Below, one piece after another: positions 17,843 to 25,642 of a stretch of DNA of 33,972 bases. The notes beneath the pieces were generated by a model. That model was not told the origin of the DNA, ran no database searches, and was given only the letters and a program-made list of their open reading frames with translations. Source of the DNA: Acidimicrobiia bacterium (GTDB taxonomy: Bacteria > Actinomycetota > Acidimicrobiia > Acidimicrobiales > GCA-2861595); NCBI GenBank assembly GCA_046566225.1, contig JBKHXC010000307.1:1-33972 (forward strand). Reading direction: 5' to 3'. The position numbers and the translations under genes are program-made. How positions within the stretch are numbered: the stretch's first letter is position 1; each line of letters starts with the position of its first letter.

Positions 17843-19102
17843 CTAGGCGGGGTGCGCCTCCATGGCGGCGGCGAACGCCTCCAGGGTGGGCGGGATGGTG
17901 ACGGTGGGGCCGACGTGGGGGCTGACCGCGTCGATGGTCTTGAGGCCGTGGCCGGTGACGTAGGCCACGACCCGCTCGTCGGGGCGGACCACGCCCTGGG
18001 CCGCCAGCTTGGCCAGGGTGGCGACGGTGACCCCGCCGGCCGTCTCGGCGAAGATGCCCTCGGTGCGGGCCAGCAGGCGGATGCCCTCGACGATCTCGTC
18101 GTCGGTGACCGAGGCGACGGCGCCTCCCGTGGAGCGGACCACGTCGAGGGCGTACCAGCCGTCGGCCGGGTTTCCGATGGCGAGCGACTTGGCGATGGTG
18201 CGGGGCTTCTGGGGGCGGACCACGTCGGAGCCGTCGGCGAAGGCGGTGGCCACCGGGGAGCACCCCGCCGCCTGGGCGCCGGACACCCGGACGTGGGGCT
18301 CCTCGTCGACCAGGCCGACCCGGTGCAGCTCGCCGAAGCCCTTGTGCACCTTGGTGAGCTGGCTGCCCGACGCGATGGGCACGACCACGTGGTCGGGCGC
18401 CTGCCAGCCGAGCTGCTCGGCCACCTCGTAGGCCAGGGTCTTGGACCCCTCGGCGTAGTACGTCCTGATGTTGACGTTGACGAAGGCCCACGTGGGGTGC
18501 AGGCCGGCCAGCTCGGCGCACAGCCGGTTCACGTCGTCGTAGTTCCCGTCCACCGCCACCAGCCGGCCGCCGTAGACGGCGGTGGTGACGACCTTGGCGT
18601 GCTCGAGGTCGTGGGGGATGAACACGATCGAGTCCATGCCGGCGTGGGCGGCATGGGCGGCGACGGAGTTGGCGAGGTTGCCGGTCGACGCGCAGGCCGC
18701 CACCTTGAACCCCAGCTCGCGGGCCTTGGTCAGCGCCACCGACACGACGCGGTCCTTGAACGACCCGGTGGGGTTCAGGGTGTCGTTCTTCACCCACACC
18801 TCGCCCAGGCCCAGCTCGGCGGCCAGGCGGTCGGCCCGCACCAGGGGCGTGAAGCCGGCGCCCAGGTTCACCGGGTCCGACGCCCGGGCGGGCAGCAGGT
18901 CGGCGTAGCGCCAGATGCTGCTGGGCCCGGCGGCGACGCGCTCGCGGCTGACGGCGGCCCGCACCGCGTCGTAGTCGTAGTCCACCTCCAGGGGGCCGAA
19001 GCAGAACTCGCAGACGTGGAGCGCCTCCACCGGGTAGGGCCGCCCGCACTCACGGCACGACAGGCCGGTGACGTGCGGGCCGGGGGGTGGGGTCGACGGC
19101 AC
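17843..19102 (-). CDS. thrC: threonine synthase-family PLP enzyme with N-terminal Zn-ribbon (candidate MetM-type O-phosphohomoserine-dependent homocysteine synthase)
   Basis: 419 aa. CRECG...CEFC zinc ribbon. PLP-lysine motif NPTGSFKDR. GAGGAGG lies 5 nt before GTG 19102. Preceded by a SAM riboswitch and followed by a GG-ended sulfur carrier. Confidence 0.85.
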   Translation of the reverse strand: MPSTPPPGPHVTGLSCRECGRPYPVEALHVCEFCFGPLEVDYDYDAVRAAVSRERVAAGPSSIWRYADLLPARASDPVNLGAGFTPLVRADRLAAELGLGEVWVKNDTLNPTGSFKDRVVSVALTKARELGFKVAACASTGNLANSVAAHAAHAGMDSIVFIPHDLEHAKVVTTAVYGGRLVAVDGNYDDVNRLCAELAGLHPTWAFVNVNIRTYYAEGSKTLAYEVAEQLGWQAPDHVVVPIASGSQLTKVHKGFGELHRVGLVDEEPHVRVSGAQAAGCSPVATAFADGSDVVRPQKPRTIAKSLAIGNPADGWYALDVVRSTGGAVASVTDDEIVEGIRLLARTEGIFAETAGGVTVATLAKLAAQGVVRPDERVVAYVTGHGLKTIDAVSPHVGPTVTIPPTLEAFAAAMEAHPA

Positions 19103-19106
19103 GGTT

Positions 19107-19203
19107 GCCTCCTCATCGTTCCGGGCATTGGCACCTGGCGGGGGTGGCCCACTGGTTGCCGCGGCGTCGCAGGGCCCGGTCCCTCGACCGCTCTGGATGA
19201 CGC
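19107..19203 (-). promoter_or_regulatory. SAM riboswitch of the S-box clan (SAM-I-like core, no internal P4; SAM-I/IV-like)
   Basis: Minus-strand RNA: GCG-UCAUC-CAGAG-CGG-UCGAGGGA-CCGGGCCC-UGCGAC-GCCGC-GGCAACC-AGUGGGCCACCCCCGCC-AGGUGCCAAU-GCCCGG-AAC-GAUGA-GGAGG. It carries the S-box signature AUC.AGAG.GG..GAGGGA..GGCCC...GCAACC...GGUGC.AA...GAU. P1 is UCAUC/GAUGA. A pseudoknot CCGGGC/GCCCGG is possible. The 3' strand of P1 runs into the SD GAGGAGG. Confidence 0.75.
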
Positions 19204-19274
19204 TCCATCGTGGCCCGGGGCGCCGGCCATTGGCAAGCCGCCTTCCCCGTCCGGTCGGCAGGCGGGCCCCGACG

Positions 19275-20477
19275 TCACGGCGGGGGGCCGGCGGCGGCCC
19301 GGGGGCCGACCACCTCGCCCCGCCCCCCGCCGGGCCCGGACGGGGGCGGCGCCGGCGCCTCGCCGCCCACCACCCCGACGATCCCCGGGCCCTCGCCCTC
19401 CGCCTCCTTGCCGGCGGCCTCGGGCAGCGACTCGCCCAGCACGTGGACCCGCCACAGGTGGGCGGCGATGATCTTCAGCACCGCCGCCACCGGCACAGCC
19501 AGCAGCAGGCCGAAGACCCCGCCCAGGGAGCCGCCCGCCAGCAGGGCGAGGACGACCGCCGCCGGGTGCAGCTGCACCGCCCGCTGCATCACCTGGGGGG
19601 TGATGAAGTGGTTGTCGACCTGCTGGACCGCCACCATGATGGCGACCACGCCGATCGCCTGGAGCGTGCTGCCCGTGGTCAGGGCGATGACGAGGCCGGG
19701 CACGCCGCCCACCCACGGCCCGATCAGCGGGATCACGTTGAACATGCCGGCGATCATCCCCACCAGGAACCAGAACCTGAGGCCGATGGCGAACAGCCCG
19801 ATCGAGCACATGACGCCCACGATCAGGGCGACGACGAGCTGGCCCCGGAAGAACCCGCCGATGGCCCGGTTGAGCCGCTTGGCCACGTGGTCGACCTCGG
19901 GGCGCGCCCGCTCGGGCACCAGCGACTCCATGACGTCGCGTATGTGGGGGGCGTCGACGAGGAGGTAGAAGGCGATGATGGGCGCCAGGACGAGGATGAG
20001 CAGCACGTGGAACACCCGCAGGCCGATGTCGCGCGCCTGGTCGAGCTGCTGGCGGACGGTGGTGTTGTTCTCCGAGAACGCGTCCTCCAGCTCCTGGCGG
20101 GTGAACTCCAGGAAGGTGCCCTCCGAGGCGTCGGCAGCGTCGTCGATCCACGCCTCGGCCTTCTCCCGGATCTCCGGCCACTCGTCGCCCAGCTGCTCGG
20201 CCTGGTCGGCGGCGATGGGGTAGATGAGCGACGCGGCCGCCACCAGCAGGCCCAGCACGCCGAGGTAGGCGATGCCGGCCCCCGCCGCCCGGGGGAGCCC
20301 TCGGCGGTGGAGCGCGGTGACCACCGGGTTGAGGAGGAACACGATCGCCGCCGCCAGGATCAGGGGCGGGAAGATCACCCGGACCGTCCAGGCCACCACG
20401 CCGACGACGAACAGCACCGCCGCCATGCCGACCAGCGCCCACGAAACCTGGCCGGCGCGCCGGACGCCCTCGGTCAC
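19275..20477 (-). CDS. AI-2E family transporter (PerM/UPF0118)
   Basis: 400 aa polytopic membrane protein. Family-typical segments FPPLILAAAIVFLLNPVV, IGGFFRGQLVVALIVGV, NVIPLIGPWVGGVP. GTG 20477 overlaps the glycerate kinase stop as GTGA. Confidence 0.85.
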   Translation of the reverse strand: MTEGVRRAGQVSWALVGMAAVLFVVGVVAWTVRVIFPPLILAAAIVFLLNPVVTALHRRGLPRAAGAGIAYLGVLGLLVAAASLIYPIAADQAEQLGDEWPEIREKAEAWIDDAADASEGTFLEFTRQELEDAFSENNTTVRQQLDQARDIGLRVFHVLLILVLAPIIAFYLLVDAPHIRDVMESLVPERARPEVDHVAKRLNRAIGGFFRGQLVVALIVGVMCSIGLFAIGLRFWFLVGMIAGMFNVIPLIGPWVGGVPGLVIALTTGSTLQAIGVVAIMVAVQQVDNHFITPQVMQRAVQLHPAAVVLALLAGGSLGGVFGLLLAVPVAAVLKIIAAHLWRVHVLGESLPEAAGKEAEGEGPGIVGVVGGEAPAPPPSGPGGGRGEVVGPRAAAGPPP

Positions 20478-21499
20478 GCCCTAGAGGGTAACCCCCGGAG
20501 GTGGTCGCCCACGGCCTCCTCGACGCAGCCCGCCGTGTCGGCCAGCGCCCGCCGGCGGCCGTAGCGCTCGACCAGGGAGACGGCGGGGACGGGGCTGTCG
20601 TCGAACGCCTCGCCCACCACCACCAGCACCGGGACGCCCGCCTCCTCGGCCAGCTCCGCCACCCCGCCCACCGCCTTGCCGGCGAAGCTGTGCTCGTCGA
20701 GGAAGCCCTCCCCGGTCACCACCAGGTCGGCCCGCTCGATGCGCTCGGCCAGCTCCACGGTGTCGGCCACCAGCTCGAAGCCGGGGACCAGGCTGGCCCC
20801 GATGGCGGCCAGCCCGCCGGCCAGCCCGCCGGCGGCGCCGGCGCCGGGGATGGCGCGCACGTCGGTCCCGTAGCGCTCCAGGTACACCTGGGCCAGCCGC
20901 TCCAGGCGGCGGCGCAGCAGGGCCACCTGCGCCGCCGTGGCCCCCTTCTGGGGCGCGAACTCCTCGGCCGCGTCGACGAAGGCGGTCGTCACGTCGCACG
21001 CCACGACCAGCTCCACCCCGGCCAGGCGGGCGTGGGGCTCCAGGGCGCTGAGGCAGCCCAGGCCCCCGTCGGTGGACGCCGACCCGCCCACCCCGACCAC
21101 GACCCGCCGGGGGCGGGCGGCCAGGGCGGCGACGACCAGGTCGCCCACCCCCGCCGTCGACGCCCGCATCGGGTCGTTCCACTCCGGCCCGCCGGCCAGC
21201 TCCAGGCCGGCGGCCCGGGCCGCCTCCACGACGGCGGTGGAAACGGCGGCGCGGGCGCCGGGTGCCTCCGGATCCAGCATCCGCCACTCGGCCTCGACCG
21301 CCTCGCCGAGCGGGCCCCGCACCCGGGCCCGGCGCACCCTCCCCCCCACCGCCTCCAGCGTGCCCTCGCCCCCGTCGGCGACGGGTGCCCGGTCGCAGGT
21401 CCACCCGCACGCCGCCGCCGCCCGGGCCACGGCGTCGGCCACCTCGGCGGCGGTGGCCGTCCCCCGGAACTTGTCGGGCGCGGCGACCACGTGCGGCAC
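20474..21499 (-). CDS. glycerate kinase
   Basis: VPHVVAAPDKFRGTATAAEVA... (N-terminal APDxFxGx motif), GVGGSASTDGGLG, and LVVTGEGFLDEHSFAGKAVGGV (TGEGxxDxQSxxGK-like). Start GTG 21499, or 21490. The upstream 258 codons of the track ORF are antisense shadow over otsA. Confidence 0.8.
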   Translation of the reverse strand: MPHVVAAPDKFRGTATAAEVADAVARAAAACGWTCDRAPVADGGEGTLEAVGGRVRRARVRGPLGEAVEAEWRMLDPEAPGARAAVSTAVVEAARAAGLELAGGPEWNDPMRASTAGVGDLVVAALAARPRRVVVGVGGSASTDGGLGCLSALEPHARLAGVELVVACDVTTAFVDAAEEFAPQKGATAAQVALLRRRLERLAQVYLERYGTDVRAIPGAGAAGGLAGGLAAIGASLVPGFELVADTVELAERIERADLVVTGEGFLDEHSFAGKAVGGVAELAEEAGVPVLVVVGEAFDDSPVPAVSLVERYGRRRALADTAGCVEEAVGDHLRGLPSRA

Positions 21500-21520
21500 C
21501 CGGGTATCGTGCCACCCGGC

Positions 21521-22930
21521 ATGGGCCGACCCGAGCTGGTCATCGTCTCCAACCGGGGACCGCTCTCGTTCCGCCTCGGGCCCGACGGCGAGCCGGTGCC
21601 GCGCCGGGGCGGGGGCGGGCTGGTCTCCAGCCTGGGCCCGGCGGTGGCGGGCACCGGCGCCCTGTGGGTGGCAGGCGCCCTCTCCGACGCCGACCGGGTG
21701 GCCGCCGCCCGCGGCGTGGTGGAGGCCGAGGGGTTCCGGCTGCACCCGCTGGTCGTCGAGCCGGCCGCCTACCGCCAGTACTACGACACCATCGCCAACG
21801 GCACGCTGTGGTTCCTCCACCACGGCCTGTTCGACCTCCCCCGCCGGCCGCGCATCGACCGGCGCTGGCACGAGGCGTGGGCCGCGTTCCGCGACGTGAA
21901 CCGGGCCTTCGCCGAGGTGGTGGCCGGCGAGGCCGGCGAGGGGGCGACGGTGCTCGTCCACGACTACCACCTGCCGCTGGTGGCACCGGCGCTGGCCGAC
22001 CTGCGGCCCGACCTGGAGACGGTGTACTTCCACCACACGCCGTTCTGCGGGCCGACCTCGCTGCGGGTGCTGCCCGAGCCGGCGGCCGCCGAGCTGCTGG
22101 GGGGGATGGGGGCCTCGTCGGCCTGCGGGTTCCACTCGGCCCGCTGGGCCCGGGCCTTCGAGGCGTGCGCCGTCGAGGTGCTCGGCGCCCCACCGCCCAC
22201 CTTCGTCGCCCCCGCCGCCGTCGACGCCGCCGACCTGGGCGCGGCGGTGGCGTCGCCGGAGTGCGACCGCCACCTGGCCGAGCTGGAGGGCCAGGTCGGG
22301 GACCGCCGCCTCGTCGTGCGCGTCGACCGCATCGAGCTGTCCAAGAACATCCTGCGCGGGTTCCTGGCCTTCGAGGCGCTGCTGGAGGCGGAGCCGGCGT
22401 GGCGGGAGCAGGTGGTCTTCGCCGCCTCCCTCTACCCGTCGCGGGACTCGCTGCCGGAGTACCTCGCCTACCGCAACGAGGTCGAGGCGCTGGCGGCCCG
22501 CATCAACGACACCTGGTCGACGCCGTCGTGGAACCCGATCCTGCTCGACGCCGCCGACTCGTTCCCCGCCTCGCTGGCCGCCCTGCGCCGCTACGACGTG
22601 CTGCTGGTGAACCCGGTGCGCGACGGGCTCAACCTGGTGGCCCTGGAGGGGCCCTGCGTCAACCAGCGCGACGGGGTACTGGTCCTCAGCCGCGAGGCGG
22701 GCGCCTGCGAGGTGGTGGGCGACTCGGCGCTGGCCGTGAACCCCTACGACGTGGCGGGGACGGCCGACGCCCTCGGGCGGGCCCTGGCCATGGGCGCCGG
22801 GGAGCGGGCGGCGAGGGCCGCCGGGCTGCGGGCCGCCGCCGGCCGGCGCACGCCGGTGGACTGGCTGGGCGACCAGCTTGCCGCCGTCAGCGACCGCGCC
22901 CGTTCGCCGGGGGAGCCGAGAGGCGGCTGA
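21521..22930 (+). CDS. otsA: alpha,alpha-trehalose-phosphate synthase (GT20 family, OtsA-like)
   Basis: MGRPELVIVSNRGPLSF...GGGGLVSSLGP..., VHDYHL, RVDRIELSKNILRGF, LLVNPVRDGLNLVALE. These are typical GT20 motifs. A HAD-IIB phosphatase gene lies adjacent. GT20 also contains glucosylglycerol-phosphate synthases, so specificity is inferred. Confidence 0.85.
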   Translation: MGRPELVIVSNRGPLSFRLGPDGEPVPRRGGGGLVSSLGPAVAGTGALWVAGALSDADRVAAARGVVEAEGFRLHPLVVEPAAYRQYYDTIANGTLWFLHHGLFDLPRRPRIDRRWHEAWAAFRDVNRAFAEVVAGEAGEGATVLVHDYHLPLVAPALADLRPDLETVYFHHTPFCGPTSLRVLPEPAAAELLGGMGASSACGFHSARWARAFEACAVEVLGAPPPTFVAPAAVDAADLGAAVASPECDRHLAELEGQVGDRRLVVRVDRIELSKNILRGFLAFEALLEAEPAWREQVVFAASLYPSRDSLPEYLAYRNEVEALAARINDTWSTPSWNPILLDAADSFPASLAALRRYDVLLVNPVRDGLNLVALEGPCVNQRDGVLVLSREAGACEVVGDSALAVNPYDVAGTADALGRALAMGAGERAARAAGLRAAAGRRTPVDWLGDQLAAVSDRARSPGEPRGG

Positions 22931-23702
22931 GGACGGCGGCCACGCCGGCGGGGCCGTCGACCACGGCGTGGGCGGCGTCGAGAAGGGCGGCCGGCGCCTC
23001 CTCGCTGCGCACCCCCACCTTCAGGGTCGACACGCCGGCGGCGGCCAGCCCGTCGAGCACCTCGAACGCCGGCAGGTCGCCCAGGTCGTCGCCGAAGAAG
23101 CACACCGCGCCCAGGCCCTCGGCCAGCTCGGCCACCGCCGTGCCCTTGTCCACCGGCACCGGCGGGCGCAGCTCCTCGGACATGCGGGCCGGGTGGCGGG
23201 CCAGCCCCGTGCGCCGCGCCTCGCCGGCGGCCCACGCCCGGGCCCACGCCGCCTCCGTCGGCGCCGTGCGGTAGTGGACCACGAGCGACAGGCCCTTGCG
23301 CTCCACGATCACCCCGGGCGGCGCCTCGGCGTCCGCCCGGTCGGCCGCCGACGCGATCACCGCCCGCCAGTCGGCGCCCGCCGGGTGGGTCACCACCCGG
23401 CGGCCGTCGGCCCGCTCCAGCCCGTACAGGCCCACGGCGACCAGCCCCCGGCCGGCCGCCGGCGGCCGGCGGGCGAGGTCCAGGTGGGTGGCGAGGAACG
23501 CGGCGGGCCGGCCGGAGACGACGGCCACCCGCCGGTAGCGGCCGGCCAGCCGGTGGAGGGCCTCCACCGCCGCCGGGAGCGGGCGCGACGCCGTGGGGTC
23601 GTCGACGATGGGGGCCAGGGTCCCGTCGAAGTCGGTGAGGATGGCGGCCCGGTCCGGGTCCCGCCTGATCGGGTCGAGGAGCTCGTCGCCCGGTCCGTCC
23701 AC
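22887..23702 (-). CDS. otsB: trehalose-phosphatase (HAD-IIB, OtsB-like)
   Basis: HAD motif I ILTDFDGTLAPIV, VAVVSGRP, and the C-terminal Asp pair CFFGDDLGD. The 3' end overlaps the otsA 3' end convergently by 44 nt. Confidence 0.8.
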   Translation of the reverse strand: MDGPGDELLDPIRRDPDRAAILTDFDGTLAPIVDDPTASRPLPAAVEALHRLAGRYRRVAVVSGRPAAFLATHLDLARRPPAAGRGLVAVGLYGLERADGRRVVTHPAGADWRAVIASAADRADAEAPPGVIVERKGLSLVVHYRTAPTEAAWARAWAAGEARRTGLARHPARMSEELRPPVPVDKGTAVAELAEGLGAVCFFGDDLGDLPAFEVLDGLAAAGVSTLKVGVRSEEAPAALLDAAHAVVDGPAGVAAVLSRLSAPPANGRGR

Positions 23703-23770
23703 CGACGCCGACCGTACCGCCCGCCGAGGGCGGCCGCCGTCGTCGTCGCCGGCCCCCTACCCTCGGCGGG

Positions 23771-24571
23771 GTGGGAGGCCGGGTCGGGCGGGCGTGGGTG
23801 ACGGGTGCCATGGCGGTGGCCGCCCTGGTCCCGGCCGCCTGCGCCGAGGACACCGTGCGGTTGCGGTTCGTGCCGGCCACCGGGGAGCGGGCCGAGTACC
23901 GGATCGAGGTGCGGGCCGAGTCGGTCACGGCCATCGGGGGCGGCGAGGCGCGCCGCGCCGTCGACCGGACCGTCCTGATGGCCCGCCACGAGGTCCTGGA
24001 GTCGGACGGCGACGGCAGCACCGTCGAGGTCCACCTGAGCGAGCGGGACGGGCCCGCCTCGGCGTTCCTCGTCCGCCTCGACGGCCGCGGGCGCCCGGTC
24101 GAGGTCCGCCAGACCGGGGGGGCAGCGGCCACCGCCGACCTCGGCCTCTCCGAGCTCTTCCCGGGAGCGGCCGGGGTGCCGCCGGGACGGGACCTGGCGC
24201 CGGGCGACCGGTGGGCCATCGACGCCCCCGTGGCGCTGGCCGCGCCGGTGCCCGCCCGCCTGGCCGGGGAGGGGCGCCTGGTCGCCCTGGAGGCGGCCGG
24301 CGGCCGCCGCCTGGCCCGGGTGCACAGCGACTACCGCCTGCCGGTGCGGCGCCACGCCGACGGCGACGCCGGGCGCCTGGAGCTGGACGGGTCGCTCGCC
24401 ACCACCGCCCGGGTGGCCTACGACCTCGACGACGCGGTGGTGCACTCCGTGCGGGCCCGTACGACGGGCCGCTACCGCCTCACCCTCCTCCCACCCGACG
24501 GCGTCGGCGGCGTGCCCGTCGCCGGCACGCTGGCCCTCGACGTCGAGTCGACCACCCGCCGCGTCGGCTGA
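23771..24571 (+). CDS. hypothetical lipoprotein
   Basis: Signal plus lipobox MGGRVGRAWVTGAMAVAALVPAAC. The mature part is beta-rich with ordinary composition. No family recognised. Confidence 0.55.
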   Translation: MGGRVGRAWVTGAMAVAALVPAACAEDTVRLRFVPATGERAEYRIEVRAESVTAIGGGEARRAVDRTVLMARHEVLESDGDGSTVEVHLSERDGPASAFLVRLDGRGRPVEVRQTGGAAATADLGLSELFPGAAGVPPGRDLAPGDRWAIDAPVALAAPVPARLAGEGRLVALEAAGGRRLARVHSDYRLPVRRHADGDAGRLELDGSLATTARVAYDLDDAVVHSVRARTTGRYRLTLLPPDGVGGVPVAGTLALDVESTTRRVG

Positions 24572-24586
24572 CGCGGCGGAGCCCCG

Positions 24587-25210
24587 TCAGGGGCGGGTCG
24601 TCGCCGTGGCCCCGGTGGTGGCCGGGGCGGCCGTGGTGGTGGTGGTGGAGAGCTGCTGGGCCAGCTCGGGGCCGACGACGAGGACGACGTTGGCGCCCTT
24701 GGCGTCGGCCACGGGCACGGGCGGCGCCGTCGGGTAGGGGGCGACCACGGTGGGCGGCAGCCCCAGGGCGGCCGCCACCGCCTGCGCCTCCCGCTCGAAC
24801 TCGGCCGAGGTGAAGAAGACGTTGCTCGCCGTCGCCCTCTGGGCGTCGGTGGGCGCCAGCACGTTGTAGCCCTGGGCCTGGAGGAGGTCGCGAGCCCGGC
24901 CGGCCACGCCCTTGACCGCCGTGCCGTTGGTGGACAGCACCTTGACCTCGGCCGGCGGGCGGGGCGGCACCGTGGCCAGCGTGGTCGGAGGCAGCGTGGT
25001 GGTCGTGGTGCCCCCCGAGCCTTCCCCGTCGTCCCCCGAGGCGCCCGTCGCCACCCGGTCGGGGCCGGGGTCGTCGGCGGCGTTGAGCAGCACGACGCCG
25101 AGGATCACGGCCACGGCCAGCAGGACGGCGCCCCGCCCGGCGGCCATGCCGGCCGAGCGCCCGAAGGACCCGTCCTGGGCGGCGTGGCCGGCCCGCCGCA
25201 CGTTCCTCAC
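24587..25210 (-). CDS. LytR C-terminal (LytR_C) domain membrane protein
   Basis: GTG 25210 overlaps the DUF3263 stop as GTGA. TM segment GAVLLAVAVILGVVLL, then a T/P-rich linker, then the LytR_C pattern VKVLSTNGTAVKGVAGRARDLLQAQGYNV...DVVLVVG-like end (ANVVLVVGPEL). Confidence 0.75.
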   Translation of the reverse strand: MRNVRRAGHAAQDGSFGRSAGMAAGRGAVLLAVAVILGVVLLNAADDPGPDRVATGASGDDGEGSGGTTTTTLPPTTLATVPPRPPAEVKVLSTNGTAVKGVAGRARDLLQAQGYNVLAPTDAQRATASNVFFTSAEFEREAQAVAAALGLPPTVVAPYPTAPPVPVADAKGANVVLVVGPELAQQLSTTTTTAAPATTGATATTRP

Positions 25211-25467
25211 CGGATCTGGGGCCGCCCGTCCGCACGGCCCTCGTAGCGCGCCCGGCGGCGGCGGTCGCGGTGCAGGCGGAGCCGGCGCACGACCAGGGGG
25301 TCGTACGCCTCGGCCTCGCCGGACTCCATGAGCCGGGCCAGGGCGCGGTAGTACCGGGTGGGCGACAGGCCCAGGCGGGCCCGGATGGCGAGCTCCTTGG
25401 GGCCGGGCAGCGTCCACCAGATGCGCTCGAAGTCGAGGATCGAGCGGTCGCGATCGGAGAGCGGCAT
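25207..25467 (-). CDS. DUF3263 domain protein
   Basis: MPLSDRDRSILDFERIWWTLPGPKELAIRARLGLSPTRYYRALARLM is the characteristic DUF3263 sequence. The DUF3263 + LytR_C pairing is the usual actinobacterial arrangement. Confidence 0.75.
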   Translation of the reverse strand: MPLSDRDRSILDFERIWWTLPGPKELAIRARLGLSPTRYYRALARLMESGEAEAYDPLVVRRLRLHRDRRRRARYEGRADGRPQIR

Positions 25468-25528
25468 CCCGGGCAGCCTGCCAGCCGGCCACCGCCAGTT
25501 CAAGGACCCTACCCTTGGGGCCCGGTCC

Positions 25529-25602
25529 GCCCGAGTAGCTCAGAGGGCCAGAGCAGGCGCCTTGTAAGCGTCAGGTCGTGGGTTCGAGTCCCACCTCGGG
25601 CT
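25529..25602 (+). tRNA. tRNA-Thr (anticodon UGU)
   Basis: Hand-folded cloverleaf of 74 nt with no encoded CCA. Acceptor GCCCGAG/CTCGGGC. D-arm GCTC-AGAGGGCCA-GAGC. Anticodon arm GGCGC-CTTGTAA-GCGTC. Variable loop AGGTC. T-arm GTGGG-TTCGAGT-CCCAC. Discriminator T. Confidence 0.92.
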
Positions 25603-25622
25603 CTCCTCCGCTGCCCTTCCGA

Positions 25623-25641
25623 CGCCCGCTGCCGGCGGGCG
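25623..25641. terminator. GC-rich hairpin between tRNA-Thr and the convergent sigma-factor gene (possible bidirectional terminator)
   Basis: CGCCCGC-TGCCG-GCGGGCG is a perfect 7-bp stem with a 5-nt loop. No U-tract. Confidence 0.3.
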
Positions 25642-25642
25642 G

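Noticed and set aside
19107-19203. Calling the riboswitch a classical four-helix SAM-I (S-box) element or a terminator-type switch
   Set aside because: There is no room for P4 between GGUGCCAAU and the P1 3' strand, and no terminator hairpin or U-tract before the start codon. I therefore describe it only as an S-box-clan, SAM-I/IV-like element with SD sequestration.
21500-22273. Upstream 258 codons of the 599-aa track ORF containing glycerate kinase, and the 344-aa ORF 20481..21515 (-)
   Set aside because: They are antisense or out of frame to otsA and glycerate kinase and are R/G/P-rich. The glycerate kinase family N-terminus (APDKFRG) starts at 21499.
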